In this document: piece after piece, positions 12,283-26,825 of the stretch
Position numbering within the stretch: position 1 is the stretch's first letter
Layout of the letters: every line of letters starts with the position of its first letter
Source: Octopus vulgaris
Taxonomy: Eukaryota
Direction of reading: 5' to 3'
NCBI GenBank assembly: GCA_951406725.2
Contig: OX597816.1
Coordinates: 18,042,001 to 18,106,000, forward strand
Length of the DNA stretch: 64,000 bases
Translations under genes and position numbers: made by a program
The notes under the pieces: generated by a model
Told to the model about the DNA's origin: nothing
What the model saw: only the letters and a program-made list of their open reading frames with translations
The model's database searches: none

Positions 12283-14481
12283 TAAATATTTTTGTTCTGA
12301 TATACAATTTTGAAATATCACTGTGTGTAGAAACAAAGTATCTATGTCGAGAGAAGAATAATTGTTTATAGTACTAGTAGAAATAAATTGTAAAATTACG
12401 ACAGGGATATTATATTAATATATAACTTCTTACACTCGATAACATTTAGCAAGCAGAGAATAAAACCATCCATGGTGTCTAGTTTTAACACATGTTATAT
12501 AATTAGTTATATGAACATTAATTAGGATTTGTATTCACACCATGTAATTAGCGCTTGAGCACTAATATACATTTGACAGTTACTCGTTTTGTAAATAATT
12601 ATGTTAAACTGCTACTTACTCGCATAAATTTGAATGCAAAGCCTTGTGATAAAACAAACGTAGATATGCTGACCTATAAAAGTTTGAATGGGTTTCGAAA
12701 TTTACGAGTTCTAGTTCTGGTGCTTACTGTATTTTCGTTCTTTAGTTAAATGCTCTATTGTTTATTTTCTTTCAGAGTTCGTGACGAAAGTTCTAAGAAT
12801 GTGAATGAAATGCGAAAGAAGCGAGAGTGACAAGAAGCACGGAAATAATGACGGAGATGCTGGAAATGGCTGTTGAGAAGATTGTTCTTAACTCAGACGT
12901 CATGCATTTGAGAATTATAGGCTGGTATATTCTTTAACTTATTGAAATTGCACTTACTTCAGGAATAGCAACAATATAATTTAGATCTTCCAAAACAAAA
13001 AAAGAAAAAAGAAAAAAAGGGAATCAAATAAATAACTCATCCGTATTGCTGCAAATGAAAAGTAATGACTGATGTTGAAATGATTAGTGCTTAATTAGAA
13101 TTGCGAATAAGGAAAAATGTTCAGAAATAATTAATGGAAGAAATTATTGCAGTGCGAATACTGAATAGAAAATAACAAAAACATTCCAGTATTAAGTGTA
13201 GTACGACGTGGGGCATCAACATCGGGATTGCCTAGGGTGCAGATTAGGGGCCAACTGAAAGAGATAGATTTCTTTATTGCCCACGCAGGGCTGAATACAA
13301 AAGGGACAAAATATAAAATAGAGCTTTACTTTTTGGGGAAGAAGAGAAGGAAAAAGTAAATACATGGGTCGGATGATAAAAGGGCAGGGCCTACTGAGGA
13401 AAAGAAATTATGTCGCAGTGTACCTATATGTTGGAGTGGGTGTCAAGGGAGCGGCAGCCTGAAAAAGTTTGAGAACCACTGGTCTGGCTGGGACCACGGG
13501 CCATACCTCCCCTGCCCACTTCAAGATCACAACATATAAGTACAATAAAAGGGATAATGAAAAAATGGTGGGGGCGATTAATAGGGACCGAACAGTGATG
13601 AACAGAAAGCAGATGTGATAGTCAATGTTGGACTCAGGGCTGCAATTTCTGTATCACAAACTTAATGAGAGTCTCCGTGCGTGTTTTATTTGGCAAAAGA
13701 AAAAAATTAAAAAATAAACATCCCAAAATACAATATGTTTGAACACGCGGTTTCACACCAGGAGTCTTGCAACATAGAGAGGCCGCTTGCTAGAAAGTCA
13801 TAGGCCAACGGGCTTCAGGGTCTGAAGAAATGCCGTAAAGTTAAGCACTTCATGAACGTGAAACCCACGGTAGCCCTATTAAGGAAGGCAAGATTACTGA
13901 AGAATATCTCGATTAGAAATGCCGACGTTTCAGCCAAAGAACTTACGTGTATGTATAAAGGTGTGTGTTTATGCATGTGTTCATAGGTGTGTGTGTGTGT
14001 GTGTGTGTGTGTGCATATATGTGTATGCGCAATTGCTTGTGTGGTTATCTATACGTATATGTTTTTATATCTTTTGTATTAGATGATTATTTCTTTCAGA
14101 TTTATGACCCGCGGTTATTCCCCTTCGTCTTTTAAGTTTACAAGTGTTTTTTTTTCTTCTCTCTTATATTCCCCACTCTTCCTCTCTCTGTTTGTACATG
14201 TCAGATTTTGAGAGAAGCGTAGACTTCCTTGATATGATGGTATCTCTGACCCTACTATTGTGAGTGACATGCGAGGTTATTGATTGTTCGCATAAGGGGA
14301 AAATGTATATGTTTGGAACTTTAACATCGATTATTGTATCAATTGCAAAACAATGATGAGATGAAGCACATCATTGCATAATGTTTCCACTAATGTTATG
14401 TAATTGTTTTGGCATTTTGATGAAAGGCGTGCATGTCCTATAAAGCAATGAATACCACCCCTTTATATGCTTTATATATAT

Positions 14482-14919
<438 letters not shown>

Positions 14920-14995
14920 TTTGAGGGAATATTTTTCCTAACTTACAGGGAAAAATTCAACTTAGAAATACTAAATCAAATTTCACAAAATATAA

Positions 14996-15344
14996 TATAT
15001 ATATAAAATTTAGAAAAAACAACTGTTATCAATTCAAAATGAACAATTAAATAACACCATCTAGAAAATTACATATAATAGAAATATTAAAATTAAAATA
15101 ATTACCGATGATTAATAAAATTGACAAATAATAATAATAATAATTATTTAAAAAATTGCAAAATAATAATAAAAATAATAAAACGTATATATATTACCAA
15201 ATATATACGTTTTTATATTATTTTCCAATTTACTTGATCATCGGTATATTATTGTTATTTTTATTTTAAGATTTCTATTATATGTAATTTTCTAGATTGT
15301 GTAATTTTATTGTTCATTTTGAATTGATAAAAGCTGTTTTTATC

Positions 15345-15360
<16 letters not shown>
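14996..15360. repeat. AT-rich imperfect foldback (inverted repeat) centred near 15195
   Basis: ttatcaattcaaaatgaacaat/attgttcattttgaattgataa, atctagaaaattacatataatagaaat/atttctattatatgtaattttctagat and aaaacgtatat/atatacgtttt are reverse complements. Confidence 0.8.
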
Positions 15361-15376
<16 letters not shown>

Positions 15377-15415
15377 CATGTTAGTTGAGTTAGAGTTTAA
15401 AATAACCGTCTAAGG

Positions 15416-15687
15416 CATTGGTTTCCAAACTGGGAAGTACTGCCCCCCTTTTGGGACAGTGGAAAGTTCCAAGGGGGCATTATCATTCCAAGGGTGATAA
15501 CGGGGTAGCGATTCATGTAAAAACAAAATAATGGGTTCACTAGATTAGGTTTTATTTGTGAAATAGATTTACTTTGAATTTATTTCAGAAAGAGGACTAT
15601 GCTTGTGATGGTTAGTTGTGGTGTGGCGCTAGGAATGTGGGCTGGGTGTCAAGGGAGCGGCAGCTTGAAAAGGTTTGAGAACCACTG
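15416..15687. mobile_element. Non-autonomous hAT (Charlie-like) element
   Basis: Termini CATTGGTTTCCAAAC and GTTTGAGAACCACTG resemble CAGTGGTTCTCAAAC-type TIRs. Confidence 0.65.
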
Positions 15688-15917
15688 GCCTGGCTGGGAC
15701 CACGGGTCATACGTCCCCAGCCCAATTCAAGATCACAACATATAGGTATACTGCGACATAATGTTCTTTCTTCATCAGACCCTATAAATACCCATATTTA
15801 ACCATGGGTATACATTTCCCTTTTTCTTCTCTATGCTCTTCTTCTTTATTTATTCTTCACTCTCATGAAGCTTCTTGTTTCAGATTGGTTTTATTACCAA
15901 ATATCTCTTTTACTCTT

Positions 15918-16306
15918 TTACTTGTTTCAGTCATTTGACTGTGGCCATGTTGGAGCACCGCCTTTAGTCGAGCAAATCGACCCCGGGACTTATTCTTTGT
16001 AAGCCAAGTACTTATTCTATCGGTCTCTTTTTGCCGAACCGCTAAGTGACGGGGACGTAAACACACAAGCATCGGTTGTCAAGCAATGCTAGGGGGACAA
16101 ACACAGACACACAAACACACACACACATACATATATATATATACGACAGGCTTCTTTCAGTTTCCGTCTACCAAATCCACTCACAAGGCATTGGTCGGTC
16201 CAGGGCTATAGCAGAGGACACTTGCCCAAGATGCCTCGCAGTGGGACTGAACCCAGAACCATGTGGTTGGTTAGCATGCTACTTACCACACAGCCACTCC
16301 TGCGCC
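15918..16306 (-). mobile_element. SINE family B (tRNA-like head GGCGCAGGAGTGGCTGTGTGGTAAG, internal TA/CA linker), full length
   Basis: Homologous to 30904-31580, 32980-33330, 36775-37180 and 46425-46840. Confidence 0.88.
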
Positions 16307-16764
16307 TATGTTTAATATGTTTAATATTTTTACATAATTTTGCATACCAATGACAATACCATTCAACAGTGGAAGCAGAAACAGCTGTTAAATGGATGCA
16401 GTCTATTTGCATTGAATAATAATTGAATTAATAAAAAGTAAATGATGTAAGTCAATTGTTGTTCATCAGTACTTCTCCATTTTTCTGTTTTCACACACAC
16501 ACACATATATATATATAGACATACGACGGCCTTCTTTTAGTTTCCGTTTACCAAATCTATGCACAAGACTTTGGTTAGCCCGAGGCTGTAGTAGAAAATA
16601 CTTGCCCAAGGTGCCACGCAGAGGGGCTCGAAGAGTATAAACAAAGATATGTTTGCTTTAGAAGCGCTGAAATGTTTCTTGTGAGATACAAATAAGGTAA
16701 TAAACTATTTTCAAACGCAGACGCTGGATAAAATATCTATAGAAGCGGGAAAAAAATATGCCAG

Positions 16765-16843
16765 CAAGCAGCGATGATAATCGAACTCGCATCCCCTGTA
16801 TTACCGCTCAAGTACTTTACAAATTAAGCTAAACTGCCACTGA
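16765..16843 (-). pseudogene. Degenerate tRNA-like sequence or tRNA-derived SINE head
   Basis: Minus strand has A-box-like TAGCTTAATTTGTAAAG and B-box-like GAGTTCGATT at tRNA spacing. The acceptor stem is poor. Confidence 0.45.
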
Positions 16844-17824
16844 CAAAATTATCTACAATTTTAGAACTATTTATGAGAAATGAATTCTTCCTCTTTTTGG
16901 ATTTTATATGCGTCTAACCTTTATTATTTTATAATTTTTACATTGCTACTTTGCTCAATCAAATATTGACTCTTATGGCAGGATCTATATCGTAACTGGT
17001 TTGGATTTGACTTAAGGAAGGTTGGATGTTCATTTAAATATATAAAATGTCGGTCAATCTACCCGCAGACAAACAAAATTTCTGTTTCAAATATTTTAAA
17101 TCCGAGTAACATAAAAGTGATAGGATATCGAAAGAAAATAGTAACTATAGTTTTACTTGTGTACTTTCCTCTGGCTGCCAGTAGTTTGGTTGATCGGTAG
17201 TCACAGCATAATTAATACTTAGGATTCTAGATTTAATCTGCTATGATGCGCATTGATACAAAACTAAGCAAAATACTATGCATTTTTCCACCCGATATAC
17301 ACTAAATATAGAAAATAGCTTTTTCTCAAAGTCAAAAAACTAACACACGCAAGAATAAAAAATAAAGAAATTATTTTCCTGAAAAATAATTTTACTTTCT
17401 TTAAAAGATTAAAGTGTGTTGCGATTGTTCATGGTATTGAATATTAAGAAAAAATAAATAACCAGCATGTAAAAATCTTTCAAACTCGGATTACGTTAAA
17501 CTAATTGGGTATTATGTATTATATGCGACTTAGCGTTTTACTTCACGTTTATTTAAATTACATGTTTTGTTGGTTGCTTTCGTGGTTTATCTCTAAGAGA
17601 AATGAATTTAATTCCGTAATTCGGTCGTAATGGAAGAAGCCGAAATATTTATATTAATCTAGAGCGAAACAACAAAATATATTAGATTTTAAAAACAACG
17701 ACTAATTACAACATTTCGTTTAATCTTTCGAAAATAGCAAATACCTGGCATACATGCCACATACGCCACCTTCACATATATGCTTACACATATATAGATA
17801 CGCACACATATAAATGTATATCTG

Positions 17825-17871
<47 letters not shown>

Positions 17872-17989
17872 AAATATATATATATGTATGTATGTGTAAA
17901 TATATATATATATGTGTATGTATGTATAAATATATATATATATGTATGTATATATATATATGTAAGTATATATACACATATATATATAT

Positions 17990-18200
17990 ATTTCAAAATG
18001 TAACCACGTGTGAATCGTGGGCGATTTTCTTCCTCCGTCTTCCTTTCTGTTGGGTTTCCCCCTGTTTCTGAAGAAGAACGTTGCTCGAAACGTTAAACCA
18101 ACTTTCTTTCCGTCCATGAGCGTCTGCTAATTCTTTACATGTACCACGTCCACGCCTTGTTTTTTGTGTGTTTGTTCATCTTCGTTTTTGGAATTTACTA
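17990..18200 (+). mobile_element. Short PLE-like element with a minimal hammerhead-like motif (18063-18098)
   Basis: GTTT-CTGAAGA-A-GAAC gtt GCTC-GAAACGTT-AAAC, set between TA-rich microsatellites. Confidence 0.55.
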
Positions 18201-18204
18201 TATA

Positions 18205-18255
<51 letters not shown>

Positions 18256-18589
18256 TGGTCCTTCTTTAACAGAATCTTCTACTTGTTAACTCTGCCTCCG
18301 TAAAGAAGAGCACCCTCGGCACTAAACTGCTTTCTCTTTCAATGGGAAAATGAATAAAATCAATGGGAAAATCAATAAAAGTTTTATGCACTGCTAATGA
18401 ACTTTAAGCTGTTTGATTTCTGTTAACTCGGAGACGCCATCTTAGAGTTAGCTACTCAAGCATTAAGTTGGCATGTAGTACTAACTTTTCTTAGAAAGTA
18501 CAGCTTAGTGCTACTCACACTAGCCATTCATAGTGAATTGCAATCTGACATCATCAAGTCGGTTAGCTCACTCTATAACACACTATACA

Positions 18590-18950
18590 GAATGCCGGCA
18601 AACAAACACCAACAATTTGTATGCTCTAACCTGTGCCGCCATCCGCTGTAAGAATTGAAATAATCTCCCTCATCGCAATGCACATTAAATAACGTCAAAA
18701 TTATGTATGTTCAATTCCGTGGAACTTTCATAGCAAAACAATCACAAATAGATCTTTAGCAACCACATGACTTGAAATTCCCAATGAAAGCCTAAATCTT
18801 CGAATCTAAATCATTTTCTTTTAAATTCCCCTCACTCTAACACTGAAAGACTCAGATGTAGTCATGATCTACGCCTAGGAAATTAACTAAATTAGAACTG
18901 ACGATACTGAAGAGCGGTAATGACTACGAAACACCGTTCACTGTCACATT
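18590..18950 (+). mobile_element. Decayed PLE 3' fragment with a degenerate hammerhead at about 18900-18950
   Basis: CRQTNTNNLYALTC resembles a GIY-YIG start. Followed by CTGAAGA-GCGGT aatg ACTAC-GAAACA...TGTC. Stem I is poor. Confidence 0.4.
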
Positions 18951-21132
18951 CATTTCCGGAGCGATTTCGTTTGTCTACCATAAGGTATACGGTGATTTAA
19001 AACGCATTACGTGATAAAGAGGTCTACCCAGAGAGAAATTCCGCAGCTCCACATAGCTCAACCACAGATATGCATCAAGTATGTCATTCTAATTATGTTT
19101 ACATTATGTAAGCTGCTTCGCGCAATGTATTTACACATCACCAAATATCTTTTACGCTCTTCGTATATAAAACTCTGATAGGTCAAGACAGTTTGTTCCG
19201 GTGGTGGGCAGGTGTGTGGCAGTGAAGAGCAAAGGAAATTACAGCGAAACATTAATATGTGGCGCTCACTCATTCCTCGACGGAATTTAAACTCAGAACG
19301 TAAGACAGACGAAATTCCGCTAATCACTTTGCCTTAACATATGATAATGTTAGTTTCAAATTTTACCACAAGGCCTGCAGTGTAGGGGGACGGAGTAAGT
19401 CAATTATATCGACCCCACTAGACTCCGAGAGGATGAAAGGCAATGATGACCTCGAAGAAATTTGAATTCACTACAAGACAGACGAAATGCCGCTAAGCAT
19501 TTCGCCCGACGTGGTAAAGATTTTGTTAGCTCGTCACTTTAACCCATGCTGATGTTAGAAATTATTCATATAAAGCACGAACCTGCACACCACGTTATGC
19601 TGCGTAATTATACATTAACGGATTCTTACTTATGATTGTCTATTAATTCGCATTATGACTATATTTCCATTATTTGCAACTCTTTACACAACAGTATTTC
19701 TCAAAATGGCGCTACAACGTAAGATGTTGCGGTGTAAATGCCCAGAAGATCTAGGGACATCTTGTTGACGCTATACATATATCGTACCCACGCAAGCACG
19801 GGAACTGAGAAAATGATGGTGTTTCATTTACACAGATGCGAATAATATTCCCAAATTGTACATTCATTATATTCTGAGTATTTAATTTATACTTACATTT
19901 ATATAATATTTATGAAGTAGTATATACACTGACATATAGCATATATGCAGGTATGGATTTTTCTGTGTATGCATATATGCAGATATGTGCGTAGGAGTGC
20001 ATTATTGTGTAGTCATACATATTTAGACACGCGTTATATATATAGCGTACATATTTAGTTAACTAATTTAATATTCAACAACGATCAAGTCTTCTGATAT
20101 TCAAGATTTATGTTAAACGATGAAGGAGGAGATATCTGCAAAATAAAGCTCTATAGTCACATTGGAAGAATATACTTTTCATTAGCAATTTATTCGCTGC
20201 AAAGGAAACAAATTTAGTTATAACGTTGGCTCAAAGCGAATAGTAACACCTTCCAATTAGAAAAATGCTAAAATTCCAATCTATTTGAAACCCAGATGTG
20301 CTTCCAACATCTATTGATTTAACTCTCACAAACCCGTTTCACACACGCTCTTTCATCATGTCGGGTAATTTCCAAGTCTCTGCATACTATTTCTAGTTGT
20401 CGTTGATTATACTGCATAAACCATCTTGATTTTGTCATAGCAACTTCCTTAACCTATCTAGCCTGGTGAAGATGACAGCTTAGTCGACGGCGACCTAACC
20501 ATGCAACAGGTTGTTACTAGATTACATGTTGCCAGTAGCACTCAACGCGACCTGCCACAACTATTGGATTACATTGAAGAAATATTACAATAACACCTGT
20601 TACAAATTCATTATTTCATATAAATCTATACTATAAATCAATTGTCAATAGCAGATAAAAAAAAAAAAAAAAAACAGCAGCACGTAAATAATTATTGTAG
20701 CTGAAAAATAATCTTAGTGTTTTGGCCAAAGAATAGCAATTTTTGAAAAACATTTTCATAATAGATCAATGACAACCACCGAGAAAACTATATTTCAAGA
20801 AAACTAATTCTTTTTCGTTTTTCGTTCTTTTTATGGCATGAGATATTATCGTTTACATCTTAAATTAATATGTTGATTTCATTTACATAGATGTAGACGT
20901 TGTCGATAAAGGAAAAGATAATATCCATTGTTATATAGAAAATGTGGTGTTATTGTTGCATAAATTATATTATTATTTTAATAATTAATTATAGTTGTAT
21001 TATCTGTTTTTTTATGAAAGTAAAATTGGCGTCAGGTCGAATTTATATATAAACAGATAATGGTGATTGTGCAATTCTGAATTGAAAGCGGTCGCAATAC
21101 ACCACAGAATATTACACACACACAAACACACA

Positions 21133-21192
<60 letters not shown>

Positions 21193-23855
21193 GACATATA
21201 TATATATAGTATATATAAGTATAATCATGGATATGTACATACACACACACATATATATATGAAAATGTATTAAAATGTATATGTACACATTCATGTGTTT
21301 GTGCATGCATATTAAATACTTGTCTATAATTTTTTTTAGTATTTGTTATTAAGGATTTTTTCTTATTTCCATCTTCGTCTTATGTTCAGTTTGAATTTAA
21401 ACATAAAACATTGTTGCAAATGCATTTATAACAAGGAATCATCGCCAGACCAAACTTCCTACAGCACAGCTAATTAGCCATATTCTTCTGACTCAATATG
21501 ACTCTGACACAAGCAGCAGCATACAAAATGCACCTGCGATGCTCTGGTACTACATTAAAAAGAAAAGTATTTGATTCTTTCGCATATGACTGGCTTATCA
21601 AAATGCCGAAGCTGCATCAAATTTAGTGACACAGACGCGAATGTCATTAAAGCAGCAATGAAAATGAGGCGAATAAACTTATAGTCATAGATAACATAGT
21701 AACTGTAAGTTTGAGCCTTGAAGGAATATCAACTGGAATATTCCATTGTGAAGTTACAATCGGTGTTTAATTAATCGTTTGGATTTTGCCTTCGGTACAC
21801 AATATCTGCAAAGGGAGGACTAAGTTAAACTGCAACCGCATCATTAGTGATGAGTAAACAAATTGTATGCTGCAAATAGTTCTCCGAATCTCTTCAGTGC
21901 TGACAAGCGAACGAAAATGGGCCAGTAACTATTTGTTGATTTGCAAAAGAGAAATTGCAAGATTACAAATGAGGTAGAATACCAAGTTAAGGATATAAAC
22001 TGGAACTTCAAAGATGGGTGATAAAACATTAACCCTAACCCTAAATGAAAATGAAATATTATCATATGAATTACGGAGATGTACTTGCATAGCGAGTGAC
22101 TTGATCTGAGATCGTGTGCTGGAACGAAAACAATTGCAGCGTGGAAAGTGTTTATAAGCCATTTAAGAAACACATAAAAACCGTTAGATTCACTTCAACA
22201 TTTAAATTTAACTTGTAAAAATATTTTCGTTGCTTTGAAACCGCGACCTGTTCACTGACAAAACTTCGTGCTCCATCGCTTCGTGTTGTTGTTATCATAT
22301 GAATGTTAGACCATAAGAATATTTAACGAATATTTTGCTTGTCAACATATTTAAATTCTCATCTTCATTGTAAGAACAGTGTCTTTGCTAGCATTAAATT
22401 GGTTCGTAATTGACCTCAAACGAAATAGTTCTCACATTTATCGACTGTATTTAGAAGAGAATTATTATGACAGAGGACAACTGAACATGACGTAAAAAGT
22501 TTAAGAAGACAGCTATGAATATTGTTCATTCGCTAAGTTTTCAATTCACGATACGATGCTTCATGTCCCTGTTGATTATAATGGTTGAAAATGTATCAAA
22601 TCGATTACATCCGCAGCAGAGTTCCACCACCACCACCAGCATCTTGTGTTATTTCTGCTTTCTATGTGAGCCAAACTATTAGCTAAATTCTAAATCTAAT
22701 GTTGAAGCCAGACATTATTCTGCTGTCACTTAAGTTAACCGCGGTGAACAAGCATAACGGAAAGCCTTTATATAAGAAATATTGTTGCGAACTGGATACC
22801 GCATTTAGAAATTAAAAGGAAAAAAATAGCTTGGATTAACAATCTCAGCTTGAGTGGCGACACATTGGCGATCCTTGAGTAGGATGATGTCGCTAGTTAT
22901 AATGTTTGGAAATTAATAATTCATTTAAAGATTGCATAATTCCCTGTGCAACGTATTTTCAGGTACAATATACAGCCACTTATTGGAATATCCGACATTA
23001 ACTTGGAAAATATACTTGCAGGTCCTCAATGTCGAAAAGCTGATTTATACATGGGTTGCCAAAGTCGTTTGGGGCATCGAATAGAATACATAGCAGTGTT
23101 TGTTTCGTATCTCTGCACCCTAAGATCAGATTTTGCGGGAGTCAACTTTGCATTTTCCTCCTTCCGTAGACGATTAAAAAAGTACCAACCAGTTGCTCTT
23201 CGAAACAGTAAGACTCGATAGAAGCCATGTAGTATTTATTTAAGTTCCAATGCGTTTTGAGTTCAAAACCTGTCATGGGTCTCCTTGGTGGGTAGACTTC
23301 ATCAGCCGATCAGCTTAACACTAGTAACTGGCACCTTGCATGCCTCCAGTTGAGTCCACTTTGTTGTACGAATTCGAGCCAAGCTTACAATGTAAGAATA
23401 GCGTCCATTTTACATCTCATCAGTCTCAGAGTTTTTTTTTTCACTAAATGATAAAGTACACCTAATCATTTAAACTTTTCAATGAAATACATTTGTGGTA
23501 CTTTAATGAACCACCACCACCGGTTATATGAAATAATAATAGGAAAATATTGTGATTTGTCAGCGAACAGACGAGCCATCAGATAATACAGAGTAAAAGG
23601 GATAATATTTTATATAAATGACAACAGCTTTATTATCGAAATTTATGCACGTATCTATATTGTTGCTTAGAGGCAAGCTAATGAGCTGAGAAATTAGATC
23701 AACTAACTGTGGCATGAAGAATATAAGATTGTATGGCAGTTAAGGAATGTGTTTACTCATTCACATATACATAATCTTCGCATAGCTGCGAACTCGAAAG
23801 ACAGTGTTAGTAAAATGCACAACATTTAGATAAATAACACACCATTTCTGTTTCA

Positions 23856-24061
23856 TAATTTATGTTATTTGCATTATTTACATTTGACGGATATTTGTCC
23901 TTATCTTGTTTGTTGTTAACACAACGTTTCGGCTGATATACCCTCCAGCCTTCATCAGCCGAAACGTTGTGTTAACAACACACAAGATGAGGACAAATAT
24001 CCGTCAAATGTAAATAGTGTAAATAATGTACATAATTCATCGCTTCTTAAATATAGAACTG
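23856..24061. mobile_element. PLE-like inverted (hairpin) insertion with a 13-bp TSD
   Basis: Arms of about 73 bp (23865-23938 and 23954-24026). Minus strand carries CTGATGA-A-GGCTG..CAGCC-GAAACG. CATTTCTGTTTCA occurs at 23843-23855 and 24062-24074. Confidence 0.75.
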
Positions 24062-24090
24062 CATTTCTGTTTCAATAATATATGACACGG

Positions 24091-24670
24091 AGGGTGGCGA
24101 GCTGACAGAAACGTTGGCACGCCAGGCGAAATCCTTAGTGGTATTTCCTCTGTCTTTACGTTCTGAGTTCGAATTCTGCCGAGATCGACTTTGCCTTTCA
24201 TCGTTTCGGGGCCGATTAAATAAGTACCAGTTACGCACTAGGGTCGATATGATCGACTCAATCCGTTTGTCTGTCCTTGTTTGTCCCTTCTTTGTTTAAC
24301 CCCTTGTGGGTAGTAAAAAGAAATACGTATTTCGTCTGCCGTTACATTCTGAGTTCAAATTCCGCCGAGGTCGAGTTTGCCTTTCATCCTTTCGGGGTCG
24401 ATTAAATAAGTACCAGTTACGCACTGGGGTCGATATAATCGACTTAATCCGTTTGTCTGCCCTTGTTTGTCCTCTCTGTGTATAGCCCCTTGTGGGTAGT
24501 AAAGAAATAGGTATTTCTTCTGTTTATTACGTTCTGAGTTCAAATTTCGTCGAGGTCAAATTTGCCTTTCATTCTTTCGGGGTCGATAAATTAAGCACCT
24601 GTTGTGCACGATCTAATGGACTGGGCCCCTCCCCAAAAATTTCGGGCCTTGTGTCTAGAGTAGAAAAGAT
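24091..24670 (+). mobile_element. SINE family A, internally triplicated
   Basis: Three copies of the core. TSD taatatatgacRcg at 24076-24089 and 24671-24684. Confidence 0.88.
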
Positions 24671-25049
24671 TAATATATGACGCGCTCGAACTACTGTCGT
24701 TGATTTACCGAATAATTGTTCCACGCGCACTGTAGGATGTAGCTTATCGTAGGTAAACGTTTAACCAGCTTGCCATCTCTTTTATGTGCATTCTGTTATG
24801 TAATAATCTATATGCTAGTGTTTTACAGACATAACGGAGGTGGAATGAAATCTTATCTTTCATAACTCTCTGCTCTTAACATAATTTGTGTGCACATCAA
24901 CATGTCATATGAGACTAATGTAGTGCCTGACACAACCCTATATCTATGTATATGTGTAAAGCTTGGGGTTGCCAACATAGAAAAATACAGTTATTGTCTT
25001 TAAAAAATAGTCATATCTAAATCCATTCGCATAGAAAATGAAAAGGTGA

Positions 25050-25750
25050 AAAAGAGGAATGGATGTTCTTCGAATATCCTATTTTGCTCAGAATTGCTTC
25101 TCTCTGTGTATCAATAGAATGTTTTGTCATTTCTTCATGGCATATTTGAAATATTCACTTATGATTAGAGACAACTTACTTATGACTCGTATTTACAGAA
25201 ACTACAGCAAGCGCTCTCTCTTAAGACTTCTTTTAGTCAATTTCTTTTATGGTATTACCCTCCTTTCTCCTACCAAATATTTTCTTTGTGCAGTAACTGA
25301 TAGTTACAAACGCAACTTTTGATGCATCCATCCTTTTATTCAGGTAGAGAGTTTGTTTTACATTAGATAATTCATTCTCTACGAAATAATTGAATTTAAG
25401 GTTTCATACGCTGATAGTGTTACGTCTGTTGGATTTGCAGTTCCCCCCCCTAATTGTATGAATTAAAAGGATCTTTCTGCTCAATGAGCCATTCTGGTGT
25501 TCTTTCTGGATTTTCAGTAGATCAATATAAATTACAAGTTTTTACATTTACTTGTCAAATAACTTTCTCAACCATAAGTTTTGTAGGTTGGAATGACGAC
25601 AGAGCTTTTCAGTAATGCTCAGAGTTTGTATTTATTTTCAAACGACTTCTCCATGATGATGTGTTTTCCGTCTATACTTCTCGTAAGAAATATCTAATTT
25701 CCTTTTCAGGTTTCATTACAATGACTGACCAATCGTTTACTATTTTTATC
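25050..25750 (-). pseudogene. Heavily decayed R4/Dong-like RT fragment
   Basis: Minus-strand peptides NLWLRK, ENPERTPEWLIE and SAYETLNSIIS match NFWLNA, HPSRMPPWLVN and TMYKTLTSVLT of the 40716-44402 protein in the same order. Confidence 0.5.
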
Positions 25751-26754
25751 GAATCTTTCTTTTGTCTTGTTCAGGAGGGAAGCCAGAGCACATAGCAAGT
25801 TACGTTCAAGACTGATTAGAATGAAGGAAGATATTATCTTCAAAGGGAAAACCTAGTCGGAATGCTTAGCAGTCTTTGTTTCGAATCTCTGCACCCTGAG
25901 ATCAAATTTTGTTGGAATCAACCTTGCATTTTCCTCCTTCCGTAGTCGATTAAAAAAGTACCAACCGAAACCAGTTGCTCGTCGAAACGCTAAGACTCGA
26001 TAGATGCCGTGTAGTATTTATTTAAGTATCCAAGTTGGTTGTTGGTCGTATTGGACTAGGTGATAAGTTAAGCGTACCATCCAAGTCAACCATAGCAAAA
26101 CTTGAATTCAGAATCCAATGAACCGAAACAATTACTGCAAATTCTGCCGCACATTATTAATTCCACCAATCCATTCCTTTAGATTCCAGCACCTATTTCT
26201 TGACCTAGGACGAATGAAAATTAAAATTGATCACACTGGGATTTGAACTCGATGAATCCATGATCACTTTTCATTCAGTTTTAATAAGATTCTCGTATTT
26301 CGGGTGTCACTTCGTACCAACTGCCTTTTCTATACTTGTTTTAGATTTCTGATATATTTGACCCTGTTTTTTTTCTGCTCATTTGCATCTTTTCATTATT
26401 GATCTGCTTGAAGGTTTTGCACACAGACACACACGCGCTTGCGTGCACGTATGCACCCTGGTATATATATATATATAGTCAAATGTGTCTATATACATAT
26501 ATATTTTTTTCTATAGATACATAAACATACATATATATATATATATATATATTCACAGACATATACATATATATTCACATATACATTAGCAAACACACAC
26601 GCCCGCATATACAAATAGAAGGTTAAATGCACATGTTTATATGTATAGTAAGTAAAATATGTTTCTCTTAATAATGTATCAGTCTGTCGATATATATATA
26701 TATATATATATCTATATCTATATCGCTCTCTATATATCTCTCTCTCTCTATGTA

Positions 26755-26825
<71 letters not shown>

